64,000 bases of DNA from a virus (lineage: Duplodnaviria > Caudoviricetes). The position numbers were made by a program, and so were the translations under genes. The notes under the pieces were generated by a model that had not been told where the DNA came from, made no database searches, and saw only the letters and a list, made by a program, of their open reading frames with translations. Where the stretch lies: IMG/VR virus record IMGVR_UViG_3300028048_002144; one strand, 5' to 3'. Below are positions 9,068 through 16,057 of the stretch, in pieces (positions within the stretch are counted from its first letter, which is position 1; every line of letters begins with the position of its first letter).

Positions 9068-9138
9068 CTCCCCAGTACAGGACTCGAACCTTGATTTCTT
9101 CGTTTCCAAAGTGTTCTACCGATTGAACTAACCGGGGA
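9068..9138 (-). ncRNA. tRNA-like RNA with GAAA tetraloop replacing the anticodon loop
   Basis: TCCCCGG/CTGGGGA acceptor, G73, normal D-arm, CTTTG-GAAA-CGAAG arm, TTCGAGT T-loop. Confidence 0.65.
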
Positions 9139-9163
9139 TTCGCCTTCCATGTCTAATTGTTTA

Positions 9164-9236
<73 letters not shown>

Positions 9237-9250
9237 CTATTAATAATTAA

Positions 9251-9356
9251 TGTCTACGGTCCGAAAACGCCTCGTCTGCAGCCGATACCTTTTATACTGA
9301 AATAACAGTTTAAGCATGGCCAAAAACTGTGCAAACGTATACACAAGGAATAGACA
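9251..9356 (-). ncRNA. candidate structured RNA between tRNAs
   Basis: nested stems TGTCTA/TAGACA, CGTTTGCA/TGCAGACG, CAGTTT/AAACTG. Confidence 0.4.
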
Positions 9357-9360
9357 GTAG

Positions 9361-9433
9361 TGATTCCTGCGAGAATCGAACTCTGCATCTTAGCCTTGAA
9401 AGGGCTATGTCATAACCATTAGACCAAGGAACC
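9361..9433 (-). tRNA. trnE: tRNA-Glu(UUC)
   Basis: TAGCC-CTTTCAA-GGCTA; one bulge in T-stem. Confidence 0.88.
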
Positions 9434-9543
9434 ATGACTCGTTGTTTAGCTAATTTTTAAGTGGACAACGATAACCACTCGCACTAAATTGTAAAACATA
9501 AAGTTTCATTTAATAATTCAAGTTTAGCCTACTTGTTTATTTG

Positions 9544-10545
9544 TTATCTATCGTCTCCGATATCAAAATCGTCCATAGAATCCGAGATATCTTTTTCCTT
9601 TTTGATATTCGGTTCTGGCTTTTTGTAACATATATCTCCACGTTCTAAATGTATTTCTAAAGCGTGATCCAAAATACGTTCTTTTCTTTCTTGTATCATT
9701 GTCTTATAAAAATTCTTACGAGTATCTGATATGATAGGTGTCTCATCAATGATTTTATTGATTTTATCCATATCAATATTTGGAACGATTTTCGCAATTG
9801 CTCTTACACAATTAATATCATCACTTGAATTAAGCATCTCGTGATAAGTGTATTTTTCTGCATGCTTAATGTCATCTGTTTTTAATAGTGCTGCTTTAGG
9901 AAAATCGTACATTCTTCTATCGATTTCTTCCCTGCTACTTAGAATTTTTTCAAATGCCTTTTCAGCCAATCCAGGATATAAAGAACTACCACAATCATAA
10001 ACAGGTGCTAAACGAATTGTTCGTTCTTGTTCATTAACAAGATATCCCCAGTTCCCCTTATGGCGATCAAAATTGCCAATCAAAGCATCTGCAACAAATG
10101 TATCCCAATACCTAGCTATCGATTCATCTCTAATTACGGATAATAGAGATCGATCTATGGTTCCATATATTTGATTGTATGTTGGTATGCGACCAATCTC
10201 GTTTTTTCTATATACAGTACGCATAAACCAATCGAACTCCTGAAGCTTTTCACCTGGTTGTACAAAGTCTTTACATGCAACAACCGGTTCATCCTCATAC
10301 ACACCTAATAAAGTATCGTGTGTTGGTAATCCCAAAGATCCTACTATATGGCTACCAATGTATTCTGAGAATACGCTGTTTGAGGTGCTTGTTGTCAAAT
10401 CATTAATCTTTTGTTTTTCATCGGCAAATTTAAGCATATAATGTTCGCCATTATAAATGATTGATTTCTTAGAATCTGAACCACCATAATCACGCAAACC
10501 TTGTTGTGCATATGTAAAATCAATGATTTGTTCCATATATACCAC
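9544..10545 (-). CDS. HipA-family Ser/Thr kinase
   Basis: YGGSDSKK loop, YMLKF, SEYIGS, IGNFDRHKGNWG catalytic loop, LAPVYDCGS. Confidence 0.85.
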   Translation of the reverse strand: MVYMEQIIDFTYAQQGLRDYGGSDSKKSIIYNGEHYMLKFADEKQKINDLTTSTSNSVFSEYIGSHIVGSLGLPTHDTLLGVYEDEPVVACKDFVQPGEKLQEFDWFMRTVYRKNEIGRIPTYNQIYGTIDRSLLSVIRDESIARYWDTFVADALIGNFDRHKGNWGYLVNEQERTIRLAPVYDCGSSLYPGLAEKAFEKILSSREEIDRRMYDFPKAALLKTDDIKHAEKYTYHEMLNSSDDINCVRAIAKIVPNIDMDKINKIIDETPIISDTRKNFYKTMIQERKERILDHALEIHLERGDICYKKPEPNIKKEKDISDSMDDFDIGDDR

Positions 10546-10741
10546 CTCTACAGTAATAATCTTTTAAAGCTTCTTGTTGTTCTCGTGTCAAATCGATATC
10601 ATATGAATTAATATCCGAACGAAGATTGTCCATGTAACAATCTGGAAGCTCGCCACCACTGTTTAAATACTCTAACAATTCATCGATATCTCTTTGAATC
10701 AAATACGGAATATTAAAATCGAACTTCTTTGCATAATACAT
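10520..10741 (-). CDS. small acidic protein, putative antitoxin of the HipA-like kinase
   Basis: start MYYAKK after AAAGGAG; overlaps kinase start; own TGnTATACT extended -10 at ~10806-10814. Confidence 0.55.
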   Translation of the reverse strand: MYYAKKFDFNIPYLIQRDIDELLEYLNSGGELPDCYMDNLRSDINSYDIDLTREQQEALKDYYCRGGIYGTNH

Positions 10742-10860
10742 ATATTGTGCTCCTTTTAAATATGTATATCTTTTTATTTGAAACAAAATAACGTTCCATA
10801 TAATTAGTATAACATTATCATTTCTACATTATTTACAAAAATAGATTCGATTTAAAGGAA

Positions 10861-10917
10861 TAGCGATAACCGGATTCGAACCGATACCTTGCAAATGCAC
10901 CATTACACCATATCGCC
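10861..10917 (-). ncRNA. 57-nt mini tRNA-like RNA lacking anticodon arm
   Basis: GGCGATA/TATCGCT acceptor plus A, D-arm GTGT-AATGGT-GCAT, ATCGG-TTCGAAT-CCGGT T-arm; 9 nt between D and T arms. Confidence 0.65.
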
Positions 10918-11144
10918 ATCAGACCGTTTTTAGTCGCCTTTAAAGTTTAATCTCAAAGGATCTCTTGAGTGCGTGATCAAACTCTGTGTCTTTTAATGCC
11001 CTATAGGCTCTGTTCTTTAATGCCCTGTAGGCATGATACTATGATAGGTTTATGGTCTCTTATCCCCGACCTCTCGGATATGTTTAAAGTCTCTAACCCG
11101 ACTAATTTTGAATCGTCCACTAAAGCAGGACCTCTCTAATTTTA

Positions 11145-11489
11145 TCAACTATTTTTAACTAGGATATTCTTCATAAAAATATAGTCATTCAAAAAATCTT
11201 GTATTTTAGCCTTAACCTTTATTGATCCTAGAGTATCTTTCGTTCTATTCATTGTTGAAAATACTAAATCTCTTCTTTTTACATCATCATCAATAAAATA
11301 ACGGGTATCACAATGAAGAGAATTACAAAGTAGTTCTAAATCAAAAGTATTAATTTCTTCGTAAGCAAGTTCATTAGCAATTAGTTTCTTAATTACATCT
11401 TCATCTACAAAAGACTCTTTAGATAAAATAGAACAATCAATATTCAACATATTCATTCTTTTACGCAATTCATTACCAATGTACTTCAT
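11145..11489 (-). CDS. XRE/HTH-like transcriptional regulator
   Basis: IGNELRKRMNMLNIDCSILSKES...LELLCNSLHCDTRYF resembles Cro/XRE fold; AGGAG RBS. Confidence 0.6.
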   Translation of the reverse strand: MKYIGNELRKRMNMLNIDCSILSKESFVDEDVIKKLIANELAYEEINTFDLELLCNSLHCDTRYFIDDDVKRRDLVFSTMNRTKDTLGSIKVKAKIQDFLNDYIFMKNILVKNS

Positions 11490-11538
11490 ACGTAAACTCC
11501 TATTTAACTATGCTTACAAAAGATATCAAAAATATTAT

Positions 11539-11920
11539 TTATCGTGTTTTAGATGATAGAATTTTCATCCAAATCAATCTATATGTATGAATTAAAGACT
11601 CTGTGTATTCTTGCATTTCTTTTAGAATTTTTGGATCTTCAATATGCTTAGGATACCCATATTTTGTTGCATTTAAAAACAAGTGTATCTTAACGTATTT
11701 CTCTCGTATTTTTAATTCTTCCTCAGTCGTATGGTTACCAATATGTATTCCATACTGACCAAACTATTATTTTTAACCAAAACGGAACTTTTTTCATTTC
11801 TTGAATCATTTCTGGGTGATCTATAATATAAATAATTTTACATTTCTCAAGATAAATACGAATAAGAATAAGAATAAGAATTACTATAATTGCTCCAATT
11901 GTAATAATAGTTTCATTCAT
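11539..11920 (-). pseudogene. frameshifted membrane-anchored protein
   Basis: MNETIITIG frame stops at 11735; a second frame (GIHIGNHTTEEELKIREKY...KTR) runs to 11539 without its own start. Confidence 0.4.
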
Positions 11921-11953
11921 TATTGCAATATCTTCCCTTTCTAAAACACTGAG

Positions 11954-12037
11954 CAGGCGTGGAGAGATTCGAACTCTCAGTATCCTTTCGGAGTCATGGT
12001 TTTGGAGACCACTGCTGTTCCGTTGAGCCACACGCCT
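11954..12037 (-). tRNA. trnW: tRNA-Trp(CCA) with atypical long variable arm
   Basis: AGGCGTG/CACGCCT, G73, GTGGT-CTCCAAA-ACCAT, V-arm TCC-GAAA-GGA. Confidence 0.85.
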
Positions 12038-12092
12038 ATAAATAAGTATCAATATTAAGCAATTGTCTAAAATACGAGGTCTCAATACATCA

Positions 12093-12177
12093 GGAGCGTT
12101 GCAGGGAATTGAACCCTAAACTAGTATTTTCCTTCGGCTCAGAACCGCTGTGCTATCCGTTACACCAAACAACGCTC
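12093..12177 (-). ncRNA. atypical tRNA-like RNA (CAGCGGTYCTGA family, copy 1)
   Basis: 8-bp acceptor GAGCGTTG/CAACGCTC, D- and T-arms present, no canonical anticodon arm. Confidence 0.6.
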
Positions 12178-12274
12178 ATATAGGTAATTTAGGCATTTTG
12201 CCAGGGTTTTATGTTGCCAGATGCCTCCATCTTAGCGCAATCTTAAAACCACAACCTATTTACCCACATTTTAA

Positions 12275-12358
12275 CGCAGTATCCAGGACTCGAACCTGGA
12301 AACCATTTCTGGATGCTTGATTAGTAGTCAAGTGCTGTACCAATTGAGCCAATACTGC
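12275..12358 (-). tRNA. trnS: tRNA-Ser(ACU) with long variable arm
   Basis: CTTGA-CTACTAA-TCAAG, V-arm CCA-GAAA-TGG, G73. Confidence 0.75.
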
Positions 12359-12525
12359 ATAATTAATGCAGCTCCTCTTGTCTCGAACCTTTACAGATAG
12401 GAAAGTTAGCTATTCTTTCGTTCGTCTGTTTTCCCCAGATCAAATATGCTGGTCTGTCAGGGGACTCAAGGATACTGCTTTAACTAGGTCGTAATGCCTA
12501 AAATACGAGGTCACAATGCCCCAAG

Positions 12526-12597
12526 CGACTCTACTGGGAATCGAACCCAAATCTTCGGATAGACAGTCCGACATAATAGCCGTTATACCATAGAGCC
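12526..12597 (-). tRNA. trnD: tRNA-Asp(GUC)
   Basis: TCGGA-CTGTCTA-TCCGA, G73. Confidence 0.9.
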
Positions 12598-12859
12598 ATA
12601 GTGCCTACCAATTCACATTATCATACATGGGGGGAGGTTCAAATATGTATGAATATGCTATAAGCTCGGCTTTGCTTCCATTTCAAAAGGAGAATTCTAA
12701 TAATGAAAATAAACGCAGTAAACTATAAACAAAATGAAAGGGGAATACTAAAACAAACACAAAAAAAGTGAATGGTATTTAGTAAACATGCGCTTATTCT
12801 ATTATTAGAGTGCATCTAATGGGATTCGAACCCATACTCTATTGCTAGAAAGGGATTTT

Positions 12860-13545
12860 CGTACCACTATATCTTTCAATACCCATCTGTGTATATGGTT
12901 TGTGGTCTGGAATCAATCTTTGCCCACTACTAAAAGTGTTGGGGCAGGACATGTATATTCTCTACGCACTCACTTAATAGTGATTGGCACGGTATTGCTA
13001 CTAGGAAAAGTTTCACCGTTTAGTGTCCATTCAGCGTAAATATTCCTATTTACCTGCTCATGCTTACCAGAGTAATTCAACTTCTTTTAGTCTGTTTTCC
13101 ATTCGATATAAAAGTTTATAACTATGACTACCTACTTTTCCTGAACATGATTTACTACAAGTTAAATAACGTGTTCTACCACGATTTATATCAACATAAA
13201 ATCTTGTCCATTTATCGCTTTTCATAACAAACTTAGCACCACAAATAATACAGGTTTCAATTGTATCTTTGTATTTTCTAGAATGTTGTTTTTGATGCTC
13301 ACCATGAACTAAAATTTCTAAATTAGATAAATCATTATTATCTGGGTTTTCGTCTTTATGATGAACATCTTCTTCTGGCTTTAATGGCCTGCCTAGCTTC
13401 TTCGCCATTAAAATTCGAGGATATGAAATTACATGTGGTTTGCCATTTTCATCTACACAGTAAGCTCTCCACCTGCCATCCCTGCATTTGTAAGCTTTTT
13501 TAATAAAAAGATCCATATGCTATCCTCTCTAAGGCCTTACTATCT
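12860..13545 (-). mobile_element. group I intron (IC3/trnL-type) carrying a homing endonuclease ORF
   Basis: inserted after U34, terminal G; P-like CTAAACGGTGAAAC, Q-like AATACCGTGCC, R-like GTAGAGAAT, S-like AAGATTGATTCC; P3 GGACA/TGTCC. Confidence 0.85.
13064..13516 (-). CDS. intron-encoded HNH homing endonuclease with C-terminal Zn-finger
   Basis: EEDVHHKDENPDNNDLSNLEIL HNH motif; CIIC...CSKSC; GAGAGG RBS. Confidence 0.85.
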   Translation of the reverse strand: MDLFIKKAYKCRDGRWRAYCVDENGKPHVISYPRILMAKKLGRPLKPEEDVHHKDENPDNNDLSNLEILVHGEHQKQHSRKYKDTIETCIICGAKFVMKSDKWTRFYVDINRGRTRYLTCSKSCSGKVGSHSYKLLYRMENRLKEVELLW

Positions 13546-13831
13546 AAGTCCCTCGTGTCTGCCAGTTCCACCATAGATGCATATTTGTCTACTTAAAGAA
13601 CCATTAGAAATGTAGACTTTATTCTTTTTAATATAAGGATTTATGTTAATCGTACTACCCTATATTTGGAACCTGGTCAAAAATAAATAATAGATCAAAA
13701 TAATAATAATATTGGTTAGTTAACCTTCGTCTCTAATTCTGTTTGTAAATCTTCTTAAACCCATATCATAAGTCTTCCTTTCTGTAGCCTATTTTTTATT
13801 AATAAAATGAGTTTAATGCTTCATTTTTTAA

Positions 13832-13903
13832 CAGCCCATACTGGATTCGAACCAGTGCATCAGGGAGTCAAATTCCCCTGCCTTACCGCTTGGCTAATGA
13901 GCT
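13832..13903 (-). tRNA. trnQ: tRNA-Gln(UUG)
   Basis: GGGGA-ATTTGAC-TCCCT; Gln-type D-arm GCCAAGCGGTAAGGC. Confidence 0.88.
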
Positions 13904-14076
13904 AGATTGTGGGGTTTATCAAACCCCACATGTAAAGATTGAGTTATCTCAAAAAAATAATGAGATAAAGGGTAGGTAGGATTTCTACCATGAAAGAAAG
14001 TATAAAATCAACATTGAGATATCAAAAAGTATCAAAAATATATCTCGAACTATAGTGAAATGGATACTTTTTATAG

Positions 14077-14150
14077 CGGATTCGCCAGGACTCGAACCTG
14101 GGACATCATGATTAACAGTCATGCGTTCTAACCGACTGAACTACGAATCC
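14077..14150 (-). tRNA. trnN: tRNA-Asn(GUU)
   Basis: CATGA-CTGTTAA-TCATG, G73. Confidence 0.92.
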
Positions 14151-14335
14151 ATACAGGAAACATCACTTTGATAAATGACGTTTCCAGGACATCCTTCTAC
14201 AACATGGTAGACGATTATTCGAGGATTTTGATACCGCAGTTCCACAACTGCGTACAACAAACAGAAAGGAAGGTGACGTTACGTGAAGTGCGACCCCTAT
14301 CTGTCTATTGCATTAAATTGTAAGAGACAGAGTGT

Positions 14336-14943
14336 TACATAAACACTCTATAAGAATAACTGCCGAACTCGTTTTACTAACTTCGCTCTATTCTTAATAG
14401 CACCACTATATTCGATCACATGGAAGATACATGCGAACCTAAATTGTACGGGTTTAGGCTATGTACCCTGGCAAGCCATGAAAGGACTGATACCTTTAAC
14501 TTTCACCACCATTCGCATTAAAATAACAGATCCTTATAAATCTTCTGTTTTTAAGATTTTAATGCAAGCATTAGGCTACTCGTACAGACTTCTATTCTTA
14601 TTGGTAAGAATTTCTTCTTACATCTATGCTTTACCTACTTATTTGATTATTCCAACTGCAGTATCCCTTGTTATCACACGCAGGGCTTACAGGGTTCCCT
14701 ACCTATTTCTAGTGGGCTTATTATCGCAGGTGATAGTTTGTCTTATCTTTAGCTTCGTCTATCAAGATATGCCATAACCAACGTTTGAGAGGTTCCTCTC
14801 TTTTATCTCTATTATTACTAATAAAGAAGTGGGCTCTCACATACACTATCGCATATGCTTATCCTTTGATTGCATTATGCCCTAGCAGAGTTGGCGACTC
14901 TTCTGCACTAGGATGGCAATTATTCTTATAGAATGTTTATGTA
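14336..14943 (-). ncRNA. large structured RNA, ROOL-like (~608 nt)
   Basis: 29-bp terminal helix that is perfect (2 G:U) only on the minus strand; many internal hairpins; inside tRNA array; family assignment from size and context only. Confidence 0.6.
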
Positions 14944-14978
14944 TTTTTCAATGTGCATATTAAGCTATTAAAAGCTTA

Positions 14979-15058
14979 GGGGCACCTAGAGAGTCGAACT
15001 CTAACCGGTGTTTTGTCTTTCAGGACCGCTGATGTGCTACCGTTACACTAAAATGCCC
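14979..15058 (-). ncRNA. atypical tRNA-like RNA (CAGCGGTYCTGA family, copy 2)
   Basis: GGGCATT/GGTGCCC acceptor plus C, D-arm GTGT-AACGGTA-GCAC, TCAG-CGGTC-CTGA short arm, TAGAG-TTCGACT-CTCTA T-arm. Confidence 0.6.
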
Positions 15059-15185
15059 ATACTCAATGTTCTATTTAATGTGGGAACAAAGAAGCCACAG
15101 GGTAAAAGAAATGAATGAATTAACAATCCAAGAAATCTTTGATATGAAGTCTTGAAATGATGCTGCCGACAATAACGACAGCAAG

Positions 15186-15259
15186 TGGACCATGTTGGAC
15201 TCGAACCAACGACAGCTCGCTTATGAGGCGAGTGGTCTAACCAACTGACCTAATGGTCC
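15186..15259 (-). tRNA. tRNA(CAU), probably Ile2 (lysidine), else elongator Met
   Basis: GGACCAT/ATGGTCC acceptor, CTCGC-CTCATAA-GCGAG. Confidence 0.85.
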
Positions 15260-15387
15260 ATGCGAGAGACCAAAAATAAACAAGAGAAAGGAGACTGGTC
15301 TCTCTAAAACTATGAAAAAAATATTGATTTATTAAAGCAGAAAGCCCTATGCTCATATAAAACTTACGATAAGACCTTCTGCCTTAA

Positions 15388-15469
15388 TGACCCTGATGGG
15401 ACTCGAACCCACATGAGCTACGCTCGCATGATTAAAAGTCATGTGCCATACCAATTAGGCGACAGAGTC
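15388..15469 (-). tRNA. trnK: tRNA-Lys(UUU) with atypical long variable arm
   Basis: CATGA-CTTTTAA-TCATG, V-arm GAGC-GTA-GCTC, A73. Confidence 0.85.
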
Positions 15470-15552
15470 ATAGTGCAGATATTCTCTGCACTAAAAACGT
15501 ATTTTGAAAGGAGTATATGCAACAGATGATTTTACTTTATCTATCTTGTTGA

Positions 15553-15575
15553 CATATTTAATATGACAGATATAC
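15553..15575 (-). promoter_or_regulatory. putative promoter of the RNA operon
   Basis: TCTGTCATATTAAATATG, the element-wide motif, at the head of the array. Confidence 0.55.
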
Positions 15576-15605
15576 TCCCTTTTCTTCATTTTTGTTATGA
15601 TTTTT

Positions 15606-15956
15606 TTAAAAGAAATTAAAAATTAAATATATAAGACCAATGGACGCAGTAATTACGCCTGCTAGTTTAAGTAATTCCTTTGATATTCTGAATAAATCTT
15701 CAAAAAAGCATCGAGTAACGCTTTTCTTATATTTATATATACCCGTATATTTATGATCCTTTACAAAACTAGGTTCATAGAAGTAAAAATATCGTCTATT
15801 TCTTACTCTGGTAAGCCTAGGATTACTAGAAAATGGATATTGTGTTCCGAGTTTTAATTCGCCCAGATCTTTATCTTCTCTTATCCATTCAATTTTGTTT
15901 TTGCCTTCTACAAATTCTATTGGCCTTATGTTCTCTATATTTGCTTCGTATCTCAT
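15606..15956 (-). CDS. hypothetical protein with C-terminal TM
   Basis: 116 aa, GGAG RBS, promoter motif upstream. Confidence 0.65.
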   Translation of the reverse strand: MRYEANIENIRPIEFVEGKNKIEWIREDKDLGELKLGTQYPFSSNPRLTRVRNRRYFYFYEPSFVKDHKYTGIYKYKKSVTRCFFEDLFRISKELLKLAGVITASIGLIYLIFNFF

Positions 15957-16057
15957 AAATACTCCATATTCTTTTTATTTTTCTGGCTATCTTTAATATG
16001 AAAGATGCATAAAAGTACAAAAAATACCTCCAACACAAAGTTGAAGGTATTTTACAA

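Larger units (their letters stand above)
12811..13580 (-). tRNA. trnL: tRNA-Leu(UAA) interrupted by group I intron (exons 13546-13580 and 12811-12859)
   Basis: joined exons give AGGGA-CTTAAAA-TCCCT, Leu-type D-loop and V-arm, 84 nt. Confidence 0.9.

Noticed and set aside
8815-9150. 103-aa ORFs on both strands
   Set aside because: They run through tRNA genes
10861-10917. tmRNA tRNA-like domain
   Set aside because: No G3:U70 pair and no tag-coding segment between the arms
14478-14777. 99-aa + strand ORF
   Set aside because: Antisense to the large structured RNA, no RBS, no recognisable protein features
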